NCBI GenBank assembly: GCA_963850905.1
Contig: CAWKMU010000003.1
Span: 2,368,001-2,432,000, forward strand
Direction of reading: 5' to 3'
DNA length: 64,000 bases
Source of the DNA: an uncultured Gemmatimonadales bacterium
Lineage (GTDB): Bacteria > Gemmatimonadota > Gemmatimonadetes > Gemmatimonadales > Gemmatimonadaceae
The position numbers were made by a program, and so were the translations under genes. Under the pieces are notes generated by a model. The model was not told the DNA's origin. It did not search any database and saw nothing but the letters and a program-made list of their open reading frames with translations. Every line of letters begins with the position of its first letter. Position 1 is the first letter of the stretch. Of this stretch, positions 7,774-18,917 are shown one piece after another.

Positions 7774-10768
7774 ATGCACAGACTCGTTCGGCGCAGAGGA
7801 CACTGTCGGGTCATGGCACTCTGTGTCGCCGCGGCTGTCGCTAGTGGATTGGCGAGCAGCGCGGGGGCACAGACCAGAATCACGGGACGGGTTGTGGACC
7901 CTGACAATGCCCCGATTGGGACCGCGCAGGTCCAAGTGACCGGCACCACCATCGGCACCAACAGCTCGGATAGCGGCACCTTCACGCTGCAAGTCCCGGC
8001 CGACGGAAAGACCCTCACCGTCCGTCGCATTGGCTTCCTGGGGAAGACGGTGCCCATCACGGCTGGGCAGACGAGCTACACGATTACGCTCACGCGCGAC
8101 GTGCTGCGTCTCGAGGCGCAGGTCGTGACGGGCGTCGCGACGACGGTGTCGTCGCAAGAGCTCCGCCAACGACGTCGCAGTCGTCAACACCCAGGCGGTC
8201 AACGAGGTGCCCGCGCCTACGATCGAGAACGCCATTCAGGGGCTCGTGCCCGGAGCGCTCATCTCGCAGAACAACGGTGGTGAGCCCGGCGGGGGCATGC
8301 AGATCCAGATCCGCGGGGTCACGTCGATCAATCGCCAACGCCTCGCCGCTCTACGTGATCGACGGCGTGATCATGTGACAACGACCAGGCCAGGAGCCAG
8401 GGAACAACGCGATCACGTTCTCGACCGATGGCGGCGTCCAGCAGGACCCGACGGACCTCGGCACGAACCGGATCGCCGACTTCAATCCGGAAGACATCGA
8501 GTCGATCGAGGTCCTCAAGGGCGCGTCCGCCTCGGCGATCTACGGATCGCAGGCGTCGGCGGGCGTCGTCATCATCACGACGAAGCGGGGCAGGGCGGGA
8601 AGCCCGCCTGGAACTTCTCGCAGAAGGTCGGCCACTTCGAGGCGGCCGCACACGATGAACATTCGCCAGTTCCCCACGCTGGCGAGCGCGCAGGCATGGT
8701 ATGTGAACGACGTCAAAGGCGGCGCTACCGGGTCGGCGCTGGCGGCTGACAACGCGTTCATTCAGGGCATCTACGCGGGCAACCAGGAGTACCAGACTCA
8801 GCTCTTCGGCAGCAAGCAAGCGTCCTACGAGACGGACTTGAGCGTGAGTGGGACATCTGGGCCAGACGCAGTACTTCCTCTCGGCGCTGTCCAAGTTCGA
8901 CAACGGCTCGCTGCTGAATACGGGATACAACAAGCAGTCGATCCGGTCCAACGTCACGCAGCAGATCGGCAGCCATCTGTCGGCCACGGCCAACCTGTTC
9001 TACGCCCACTCGACCTCGAATCGCGGCATCACGGGCAACGACAACAACGGCATCAGCCCGTACGACGTGTTCTGGTATACGCCCGGGTTCATGAATCTGA
9101 ACCACGTGAATGCCGATGGGACGTGGGGCCGCAACTACTTCGGCAACGCGAACCCGTTCGCGGACACGTAAGACATGTCGACGCCGGAGAACATCCAGCG
9201 ATTCATCGGCGGCGGCAACATCAATTGGACAGCCTTACAGCACAGAGCACCAGTCACTGCAGGTCAACGTGCTTGGGCGGGGCGGATATCGCTCACGTGC
9301 AGGACGACGCTCTTCGCGCCATCGAACATCCAGTTCGAGCAGGCGCAAGCCCTTCCAGGGTGTCGCACGACGCAGACGGCCGATAACTCAGTACATCAAC
9401 TACTCGATCAATCTGATCCACCACTACACGGGTCTCTCCTGGCTCGACGCCACGACGTCCGCCGGATTCGTCCGCGAGAAGCGCGGACTAATTAATCCGG
9501 AGACCGTGTCGCAAAACCTGCTCGCGGGCTTGGATAACCCGGCGTCGGGCACGGTGCAGACGAACTTCTACAACAGCACTGCCGCGCACGACCAGTCGCT
9601 GTACGCCAGGAGCAGCTGCTGCTCGCTCGACTCGCGTCTGTCGGTAGCCGCAGGCGTGACGGCGGAGCGGTCGACCAACGATGGCCACATCAACAAGTTC
9701 TACTGCTATCCGCACTATCGCGGCCTCGTATCGCATCCCGCAGTTCGTCTGTTCATCGACGAGCTCAAGCTGCGTGCCGCCTATGGCCAGTCGGGCACAG
9801 CAGCCGCAACTACGGCGTGCGCTACACAGCCGACTCGACCGCGGTGGATGCCGGGCCTGCCAGGCGAGTTCCAGCCGGCTAATTGTCGGCGATCCGAACA
9901 TCTAGCCAGAGTCAGAGACGGAGATCGAGACTGGGCTTCGATGCGACGATGTTCCACTCCCGGGCCCAGTTCACCTTCACAGTCTACCAGAAGCGGGTCA
10001 CGAACCTGTTGCTGCGAAGCGAACTGAGCCCGTCGCGCGGCTACAGCTATCAGTGGCTGAACGGCGGACGAGTTCACGAACCAGGGCGCGGAGATCTCGC
10101 TCAGCGCGACGCCGATTCAACTGCGCAACGGATTCACTGCCGTGAGCACGATCAGCTACTTCCGCAACTACAGCGTCGTGAACTCGTTGGCCGTTCCGTC
10201 GTTTGACGTGTTCTTCGTCGACGATCACGCCAGGGCGTTCGGTCACCGACGTCGTCAACGCGAACTACTCGGGCGTGCAGCCGCAGCTGGGCGATGTGAT
10301 GCCGGATTTCACGATGGATTTCAACCAGGAGATCCACTACGGCCCCTTCCAACGCGCACGCGGTCGTGCAGTGGAACAAGGGCGGGGCGATGATGAACCA
10401 GACGGAGCTTTATTACGACTACGGCTCGCTCTGGGGCGATTCGGCGTACGCGGCGAACTGGGCGAAGCGGTTCAACAACAACGACTACAACTGGATCGAG
10501 GGCGCCGGGTTCGTGAAGTTGCGGTCTCTGTGGCGCTCAACTACACGCTGCCGCAACAAGTGGTTCAGCGGCTTCGCAGGCGGACGTTTCTCGAGCGTGC
10601 GTCTCTCGCTCGAAGGCCGGAACCTCCTGCACTTGTACAACAGCGGTTACAACGGTCTGGACCCCGAGATTGCGTGGCGGCGGCAGCCAGAACCTGATGC
10701 GTAACATCGAGATCACGCCGTACCCACCATCCCGCAGCTATTTCCTCTCACTCGACGTGGGCTTCTGA
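7774..10768 (+). CDS. SusC/RagA-family TonB-dependent outer-membrane transporter (many frameshifts, one in-frame TAA)
   Basis: GGAGGAG RBS, signal peptide, N-terminal TGRVVD...GT domain, PLYVIDG, signature NPEDIESIEVLKGASASAIYGSQASAGVVIITTKRG (~8470-8590), C-terminus YPPSRSYFLSLDVGF. Confidence 0.88.
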
Positions 10769-10770
10769 CG

Positions 10771-12373
10771 ATGCCGATTTCTCAACGCGTGACCGGCAGC
10801 CGTCCGGAGCGCAGTATCGCACACGGGCACGGCACACTCTCCGAGCGAGCGTCCTCGCGGCGCACGATCGTGCTTGCTAGCCGCGGTCGCCTGTACAGAC
10901 AGCGCCGTGCCGTATTTCGACGCACCAAGCCGGAATTCCCAACTCGCACAACCGGCATCCAAAACGCGGTGACCGGCTTTTTCTCCGGGATGCGCGTGGA
11001 TGCCTATCTGTATGCGTACATCTCAGCGGGGTACGCCCGCGATCTGTTTTATTTCGTCTGCGCGGCCCCGTCAGTGCTGACGATCCCGCGGGGCTTGGTA
11101 CCGGTCGCACCCGGCAACTTCTTCTTCAACGACACGTGGGATAACGAATATCTGACGATCAGGCAGGCGAACGCGATCCTGACGAGCCTCGCCAGCGGTC
11201 CAGGTTCACGTCGCAACAAGTCGCGGCGATTCAGGGCGTCGTGCAGACGATGAAAGCCTACAAGTTCATGTCCTGGCCGAGACGCGCGACACGCTCGGAA
11301 TCCCGCTCTACGCGATGGACGGCGACCCGACGAGCCCACCGTACTGCAACAAGGACGTGTGGAAGTACATCGTCGCGTTGCTCGATTCGGCGAGGGTAAT
11401 CTCAAGACCGCCGGCTCGATTCCGTTGCCCGTCAACGTTGCCGCCAGGATTCGCGGCCGTGTCATTGCAGGCGGCGCCGAGCACGGCTCTGGGCTCGTTC
11501 GCCTCGTTCAACCGCGCGCTCGCCGGCAAGGCCGGGCTCGAGTAGGCGTACGCCATATGCCAGAAACACGCCGGCCACACATCCAACACCCACGACTGCC
11601 TGGGGGGCCATGGTTCGGCGCCTGCAAGCGGCGGACAGCGCGCTCACAGCGTCGGCGCTGTACAACCCGCCGTGATCGCGCCGCCGGTGGCGGGGCCGTT
11701 CCGCCGGTCCCTACATCGTGTATCACAACTTCAGCGGAGCGTCCGGGCGACATCCAGAACGAAATCTTTACGTCGTATTTCAATTACAACACGACTCTGG
11801 GATCTCCAGTACACTGTTGACACGCTCAACGATCTCCGGTGGCTCAACAAGTTCGCGCCCGACCCCAACCCGGTGCAGGTCGCCCAGTACGCCGGCGTGT
11901 CTCGAGCGCCAAGAACTACGTTCCCTACTCGTCGGTCTCCGCGCCGATTCCCGATCGTCCGGGCCGAGGAGCTGGCCTTGGTGGAGGCGCAGATCCAACT
12001 CGGGCTGGGAAATTTCGCCAAGCCGCTTAGCCTCGTGAACCAGGTGCGAACCCAGGCGGGCGGCAGCAACCTCACGCCGTACCCGGCGACGGACGCCTCT
12101 GGTGGCAACGCGTTCGTGCAGGTTCGGAAAGACCTCATGAAGGAGCAACGGATCTCGACGGTGTTCGGAGATGAGCGGCGACCGGATGATCGCCCTTCGC
12201 ATGTACCACCTCGAGGCCGTTGCGGACACGACGTGGCAGTCTACAGGCCAGGACCCGATTCTCTGGTCGCCGCCGCGAACGGCCACCCGACCGATTACCA
12301 CACGACTATCTCTTCGATACCGACGACAGGAGTACACGGAACGCGGCGGTTCTACACGCTGACATGCCCGTGA
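10771..12373 (+). CDS. SusD/RagB-family lipoprotein (many frameshifts, one in-frame TAG)
   Basis: Directly follows susC. Lipobox LLAAVA-C at ~10875-10895 (shifted frame), IVRAEELALVEAQ and LVNQVR motifs. Confidence 0.78.
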
Positions 12374-13506
12374 GGCTGCCACTTGGTAGCTGGCTGCCCC
12401 GTCGAACGCCGCGCGCTCTGCGCGGCGTTCGTCGTGGGGGGCCTCTGTGCTGCCGGTGTATCTCGGCGCCCAGGGGGCCGGAGCCCAACCGGGCTCCGGC
12501 ACCCTGCACCCCAAGATCCTTATCAGCTACGACATGGAGGGCGTCTCCGGACGCGCTGACGCCGGATTACGTGCTGTTCGACCACCCCGCCCAGTACGCT
12601 ATCGGGCGCAAGGCGCTGACGTCCGACGTCAACGCGGCCATCCGGGGGCTCGTCAAGGGCGGGGCCGGCTCGATCTGGGTTCAGGATGCGCACGGGTCCG
12701 GGAACGTGTACGAGCCCGATCTCCTGGTCAGCGAGATGGACCCACACGCGTCGTTCGATTTTCGGTCGCACTCATATGATCCGTACTCGACCGGTCTCGA
12801 TGGCTCCGTCGACGCCATCGTGTGCATCGGCGCCCACGCCCGGGCGAACACGCCCGGGTTCATGGCGCATACCGTCACCTTCGACGTCGATTTCCGCGTC
12901 AACGATGTCGAATTCAGCGAGATACACCTGATCGCTGCGTCGGCGGCCCGCTGGGGGATTCCCGTGATCATGGGCTCCGGCGATGACGTGCTGCGGGAGC
13001 AGGTCAAGACGGATTTCCCGGAGCTCGAGTATGCGACGGTGAAAACGGCCAAGAGCCATGGCGTCGCGGAGCCACTGGCGCCGGGCGAAGCGGAGCGCCG
13101 TATCGAGGCCGCGGCACAGCAGGCGATGCAAAAATTCCGGGCGGGGAAGTTCCGGCCGTACTATCTGGAGCCACCCTTCGACATTCGCCTCTCGTTCCCG
13201 GATTACGAGGAGGCTGAAGGCGCCGCTCTCAATCCGAACGTCTTGCCCGACGGCGATCTCGCCGTGCGGATCGTGCGCCCGTCCTTCGTCGAAGGGTACG
13301 AGATCGCTCGGCTGTCCATCGGCCTGGCGATCCAGCACGCCGAGATGGCAATGCTCATGCGCCGGCTCGGCCAGGATTCGACAACACGGAAAGCGATGGG
13401 CGAGTTGGAGGGCGGGATCATCGCGCGTTGGCTCGATCCGGACCACGCGCCGGCGTGGGCAAAGACCGGCACCAAAGCCCGCGCCCAGAACGCGCTTTTG
13501 GGGTGA
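12370..13506 (+). CDS. M55-family metallopeptidase (DppA D-aminopeptidase-like), copy 1. Frameshifts near the 5' end; start approximate
   Basis: KILISYDMEGVSG, DVNAAIRG, QDAHG, IGAHA, MAHT, FSE, IPVIMGSGDD: all DppA Zn-ligand/catalytic motifs. Confidence 0.85.
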   Translation: MRLPLGSWLPRRTPRALRGVRRGGPLCCRCISAPRGPEPNRAPAPCTPRSLSATTWRASPDALTPDYVLFDHPAQYAIGRKALTSDVNAAIRGLVKGGAGSIWVQDAHGSGNVYEPDLLVSEMDPHASFDFRSHSYDPYSTGLDGSVDAIVCIGAHARANTPGFMAHTVTFDVDFRVNDVEFSEIHLIAASAARWGIPVIMGSGDDVLREQVKTDFPELEYATVKTAKSHGVAEPLAPGEAERRIEAAAQQAMQKFRAGKFRPYYLEPPFDIRLSFPDYEEAEGAALNPNVLPDGDLAVRIVRPSFVEGYEIARLSIGLAIQHAEMAMLMRRLGQDSTTRKAMGELEGGIIARWLDPDHAPAWAKTGTKARAQNALLG

Positions 13507-13528
13507 TACGTAGGACACCGAGGTTCCT

Positions 13529-15446
13529 GTGAAGAGCAGAGACTGGAGAGAGGCCGGCACGCAACCCAATCTGCGCGTGGGTTGGTGGCGCCGGTCCGTC
13601 ATGCCGGTGATGGTGGGGATGGTCATGGCTGCGCCGCAGCTCGTCGGTCAGCAACCGGCCGCACCGCCCGGACCGCCGCCAGGTTACACCAAGCAGGACT
13701 CGATGATCGCGATGCGCGACAATGTGCGGCTGCACATCGCGATCTACACGCCGACCGATGCCCAAGGCCCGCTGCCGATCATGTTCCTGCGTACGCCCTA
13801 CGGCATCGACGGGTACGCTCAATGGTTCGACAACTATCTCAAGGAGCTCGCGGCCGACAAGTACATCTTCGTCTTCGAGGACATTCGCGGCCGGTACGAG
13901 TCGGAAGGGCAGTTCGTGATGCAGCGGGCGCCGGCCCACCGGAAAGACCCCAAGGCGGTCGACGAGAGCACGGACGCGTACGATACAATCGACTGGCTGG
14001 TGAAACACGTGCCCAACAACAACGGCCGCGTGGGTGAGCTCGGGATCTCGTACGACGGCTGGACGACGGTCATGACAATGCTCGACCCCCATCCAGCGCT
14101 CAAGGCGGTCTCTCCGCAGGCGTCACCGGTCGACATGTTCCTCGGCGATGACTTCCACCACAACGGCGCGTTCCGGTTGAGCTACGGCTTCGAGTACGCA
14201 TCGTCGATGGAAACGCCCAAAGGCCAGCCCCGATTCACCTTCGACCAATACGACACCTACAGCTGGTATCTCGGCCTCGGTCCGCTCTCGACCGTCGACG
14301 CGAAGTATCTCCACGGGAAGATCCCATCCTGGGAAGATTTCGTGAATCACCCGAACTACGACGAGTTCTGGCAGCGGCAGACGGCGTTGCCCTACCTCGA
14401 CCGCGTGAATGTGCCGACGCTGAGCGTCGCCGGCTGGTGGGATCAGGAAGACTTCTATGGACCGATCACCATCTACGAGGCGCTCGAGAAGCACGATACC
14501 GAGCACAAGAACTTCCTCGTCGTCGGCCCGTGGTATCATGGCGGCTGGGGGTTCGAGGCCGAGGGAAACAAGCTTGGGGCGATCGACTTTGGCAGCCCGA
14601 CGGCGGCGTATTTCCGCTCGGAGATCATGGCGCCCTTCTTCGCCTATTATCTCAAGGATCGCGGCACCGGGAAGTTCCCGAAGGTCAGGACCTTCGAGGC
14701 CGGCACGAACAAATGGCGAGAGTTCGACAGCTGGCCGCCGAAGACCGGCGTCGCGAGCGAACATCTCTACTTCACGTCGGCCGGTGGTGCGTCATTCGAC
14801 AAGCCGACACGCGCGGCCGGCGACAGCGGATTCGACAGCTATGCGTCCGATCCCCGGCACCCGTGCCGTACCGACATCGGCCGATCCCCAGAGGCATTGG
14901 GTGGCGCACCTGGCTGGTCGAGGACCAGCGCTTCGTGAACGATCGGCCCGACGTGTTGACGTACGAGACCGCACCATTGGACGCCGACGTGACGCTTGCC
15001 GGGTCGATCACCGCGCATCTGTTCGCCGCCACGACCGGGCAGCGATGCCGATTGGGTGGTGAAGCTGATCGACGTGTATCCCGACACCATGCCGGCCCCG
15101 CAGGCGTCGATGGGCGGCTATGAGTTGATGGTCGCCAACGATGTGTTCCGCGGACGATTTCGTGAGAGCTTACACGACGCCGCACCCGATCACGCCGAAT
15201 CAGGTGGAGGAGTACAAGGTCGACCTCCACACCCAGGACTACAAGTTCCTGAAAGGCCACCGGATCATGGTCCAGGTGCAGAGCAGCTGGTTCCCGATCA
15301 TCGACCGGAACCCGCAACAGTACGTGCCCAACATTTTTGCAGCGACGGACGCCGACTACCGCGTCGCACGCGAGCGGGTCTACCGCAACGGCGCACAGGC
15401 ATCGTATCTCGACCTACCCGTCGAGACCGGCACGACCACGCAGTAG
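13529..15446 (+). CDS. CocE/NonD-family serine hydrolase (alpha-amino acid ester hydrolase-like), copy 1. Frameshifts near 14860, 15040 and 15165
   Basis: MRDNVRL, RTPY, DIRGRYESEG, GISYDG nucleophile elbow, GDDFHHNGAFRL, WDQED, GPWYH, C-terminal GHRIMVQVQSSWFP. Signal-peptide-like N-terminus. Confidence 0.88.
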
Positions 15447-15483
15447 ACGCGGCGCACTCGTCCAGTTCCCCCGAGGAGGAATA

Positions 15484-17403
15484 GTGTCACTTGGTCCTTC
15501 ACGTCCCGTGCGCCGCATGGGCGCCACCGTTGCTGTCCCCGGCGCGTGGCTCACGCTACTCGTCGTGGCGAGCCTGGTTGATTCGGCGTACCTCCGCAGT
15601 CAACAACCGGTCGGTCCGCCGCCCGGGTACAGCAAGCAAGACTCCATGATCGCGATGCGCGACCATGTGCGTCTGCACGTCGCGATCTACACGCCAATCG
15701 GTGCGTCAGAGCCGCTGCCCATCATGCTGCTGCGCACCCCATACGGCATCGATGGCTATGCAGCGGAGTTTGGCAGTTACCTCAAGGAGCTCGCTGCCGA
15801 CAAGTACATCTTCGTGTTCGAGGATTTGCGTGGCCGGCACGAGTCGGAAGGCCAGTTCGTCATGTTACGGCCGCAGCGCAACCCGAAGGACCCGGCGGCC
15901 ATCGATGAGAGCACCGACGCGTACGACACAATCGACTGGCTCGTGAAGCACGTACCGAATAACAATGGTCGCGTCGGCGAGTTGGGCATCTCCTATGATG
16001 GGTGGACGACGGTCATGACGACGCTCGATCCGCATCCCGCGTTGAAAGCGGTGTCGCCACAGGCATCGCCGTCCGACATGTTCATCGGCGACGATTTTCA
16101 CCACAACGGCGCGTTCCGGCTGAGCTACGGCTTCGAGTATGCGGCACTGATGGAAACCGGGAAGGACCAGGAGATGTTCGCCTTCGACAGGTACGACACC
16201 TACGACTGGTACCTGCGACTCGGCCCGCTGTCAACGCCGACGCGAAATACCTGCACGGCAAGATCCCGATCGTGGGAAGACTTCGTGAACCATCCTAACT
16301 ACGATGCGTTCTGGCAGCGGCAAGGCGTGCTGCAGTTCCTCGATCACGCGACTGTGCCGACCCTGAACGTCGCTGGGTGGTGGGACCAGGAAGACTTCTA
16401 CGGACCCGTCACTATCTACGAGGCGCTGCAGAAGCACGACGCCGCGCACAACAATTTCCTCGCGGTTGGCCCCTGGAACCATGGAGGCTGGGCCGATTCT
16501 TCTGGACAGAAGCTCGGCGACATCGACTTCGGCAGTCCGACATCGGACGATTTTCGTCGAAATGTCATGGCGCCGTTCTTCGCCTACTATCTGAAGGGCC
16601 GTGGCCCAGGCGGTTTTCCCGGCGCGGTGACGTTCGAGGCGGGCGCGAATAAGTGGAGGCACTTCGACAGTTGGCCACCGAAGACGGGCGTGACGCCGGA
16701 GCGCCTCTACTTCCAGGCGAACCACGCCGTGTCATTCGACGTACCGAAGGCCGCCGCGAGTGATAGCGGGTTCGACAGCTACGTCTCGGATCCCTTCCAT
16801 CCGGTGCCCTATCGCCGCCGTCCGATTCCGCCGACCTACATCCCAGGCGGATCCGGGTGGACGACATGGCTCGTCCAGGACCAGCGCTTCGTCGATGGCC
16901 GGCCGGATGTCCTGACGTACGAAACTCCGCCCCTCGATCACGATGTCACGATGCTGGGTGCGATCACGGCCCATCTGTTCGCCGCGACGACAGGGTCAGA
17001 CGCGGATTGGATCGTGAAGTTAATTGACGTTTATCCGGACACGGCGCCAACCGGCATGAAAGCGTCGTATGGTGGCTACGAGCTCATGGTCGCCAACGAT
17101 GTGCTTCGTGGGCGCTTTCGCAACGGCTACATCACGCCACAACCGATCGCACCGGGCCAGGTGGACGAGTACAAGATCGATCTGCATACGCTGGACTATC
17201 GGTTCTTGAAGGGCCACCGAATCATGGTACAGGTGCAGAGCACCTGGTTTCCGATCATTGATCGGAATCCGCAGCGCTACGTGGCCAGCATCTTCGCTGC
17301 GAAGGATGCCGACTACCAGATCGCACGCCAACGCATTTATCGGAGCGGCGCCCACGCGTCGTACCTCGAATTGCCCGTCGAAACGGGTACGACGACGCAG
17401 TGA
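15484..17403 (+). CDS. CocE/NonD-family serine hydrolase (alpha-amino acid ester hydrolase-like), copy 2. Compensating indels ~16238-16270
   Basis: GAGGAGG RBS plus GTG. Same motif set (GISYDG, GDDFHHNGAF, WDQED, GPWNH). Ends LPVETGTTTQ like copy 1. Confidence 0.9.
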   Translation: MSLGPSRPVRRMGATVAVPGAWLTLLVVASLVDSAYLRSQQPVGPPPGYSKQDSMIAMRDHVRLHVAIYTPIGASEPLPIMLLRTPYGIDGYAAEFGSYLKELAADKYIFVFEDLRGRHESEGQFVMLRPQRNPKDPAAIDESTDAYDTIDWLVKHVPNNNGRVGELGISYDGWTTVMTTLDPHPALKAVSPQASPSDMFIGDDFHHNGAFRLSYGFEYAALMETGKDQEMFAFDRYDTYDWYLRLGPLSTPTRNTCTARSRSWEDFVNHPNYDAFWQRQGVLQFLDHATVPTLNVAGWWDQEDFYGPVTIYEALQKHDAAHNNFLAVGPWNHGGWADSSGQKLGDIDFGSPTSDDFRRNVMAPFFAYYLKGRGPGGFPGAVTFEAGANKWRHFDSWPPKTGVTPERLYFQANHAVSFDVPKAAASDSGFDSYVSDPFHPVPYRRRPIPPTYIPGGSGWTTWLVQDQRFVDGRPDVLTYETPPLDHDVTMLGAITAHLFAATTGSDADWIVKLIDVYPDTAPTGMKASYGGYELMVANDVLRGRFRNGYITPQPIAPGQVDEYKIDLHTLDYRFLKGHRIMVQVQSTWFPIIDRNPQRYVASIFAAKDADYQIARQRIYRSGAHASYLELPVETGTTTQ

Positions 17404-17471
17404 TCGGCTTGACATCAGTCCCAGCCAGACGCGCAGCGTCGTCGACACGAGGGCCGTAACGACGTTACACC

Positions 17472-18842
17472 GTGTCAGCACGCTGCGTGGGCGTTCCGTC
17501 GCTCCGATTCGGAGCGGTTTCACGCTACTCGTCCTCGGGGTCGCCATGGGCGCATGCGGGACCGCCCGGTCGGCGCCGGCATCGCCAAGCGTCACCAACT
17601 GGGCGCGGGCGCACGCGATTCGGGTCCCTGCAGTCGACCAACCAAACGCCGATTCCTCATTCGGCTTTCTCGACTCGCTGGTCGGTTCAGCACGCATCCT
17701 CGCGCTTGGCGAGTTGATTCACCGCGGCCACGAGCCTCTCGAGTTCCGCAACGAGGTGATTCGCTATGCGGTCACGCATCTGGGATTCACCGCCGTGGCG
17801 CTGGAGTCGGGTTTCACCGAAAGCGCCGTGGTCGACAGCTTCATTCACGGCGGAGCGGGCAACGTCGACAGCGTGCTTCGCGCGGGGCTCAACTGGAACT
17901 TTTCGACACTCCCAGAGAATCGTGAGCTCGTGCAGTGGCTTCGCGAGCACAACGCGCATGCTGCTCACCAGGTCCGCTTCTATGGCTTCGATCTCACCGG
18001 AGGCGACCCCGCCAACAAGGCCGATCTCTACCTCGGCGCGCCCAAGGCCATTTCGGCGGCGTTGACGTACATGATCGCGGTCTCGCCGCACTCCGCCGGC
18101 GATTTCAGGTCGGGCCTCGCTCCGCTCATTCTGCGATTCACTCCGCTGCGCTTTAAGGAGTACACTCCGGGAGAGCGGCGTCGGCTGACGAACCTCCTCG
18201 ATAGTCTGTATCGCACGCTCGTCGCCGACTCAGCGCACGATGTGCGCGCCAGCTCAGCGGTGGCATACGCGCGCGCGGTGCGGAATGCGTGGACCGCGCA
18301 ACGACTCAATGAGCTCCTCGGGATGTCGGCATCGGAATTGGCCGACTCCGCAAGGCCGCGGAACATTCTTGCGCGACTCGCTGATGGCCGAGAACGTCCG
18401 CTGGATCGTGCAACAACACGCAGATGGGCGTGTGCTGGTATGGGCTCACAACGCTCACATCATCAACGCCCCGACGACCGTTTGGGAGTTGGGACCTAAC
18501 GGGCAGGGCGTGCCCGTGGGTCCGGAGTATCGAATGGCAGGGCAATATCTGCGTGAATGGTACGGCAATCTTGAGGTCATTATGCTGTCGACGACATCGA
18601 AGACGGTTGGCTTCAACGGCAGCCCGTCGGATCCCGGCAGCTTCGACGCGGCGTTGGCGCCGATCGGCATCTCACCGTTCGTGCTCGATCTACGAGCGAG
18701 CGATGATCTTCCGCCGGTCCGGGCACAACTGGCGCGGCCATGGCCATTCAGAGTGCACACGATGTTTCAACGCATCGTCCCGCGAGAAGCGGCCGATGCC
18801 ATCGTCTACTTCGATCAAGTCACCGCGACGAAGGATCAATGA
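17472..18842 (+). CDS. Erythromycin esterase (Ere)-family protein, possible lipoprotein. Frameshift ~18370; start approximate
   Basis: LGELIH, VALESGF, LVQWLREHN, FYGFD, RDSLMAENV, WAHNAHI, DAIVYF. Hydrophobic LLVLGVAMGA-C N-terminus. Confidence 0.82.
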
Positions 18843-18917
18843 AACAGGCCGAGGGGTTACGGACCGACAACCAGGGGGAAGCATGCTCAGACGGCTCATT
18901 GGGAGAAGCGGAACATC

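Noticed and set aside
9169..11545. In-frame TAA/TAG in susC/susD as stop-codon recoding or readthrough
   Set aside because: TAA and TAG terminate core genes normally (rpsM, rpoA, rpsD), and the region is full of other errors.
17409..17414. TTGACA as an internal promoter before the Ere gene
   Set aside because: No recognisable -10 element at 16-18 bp spacing.
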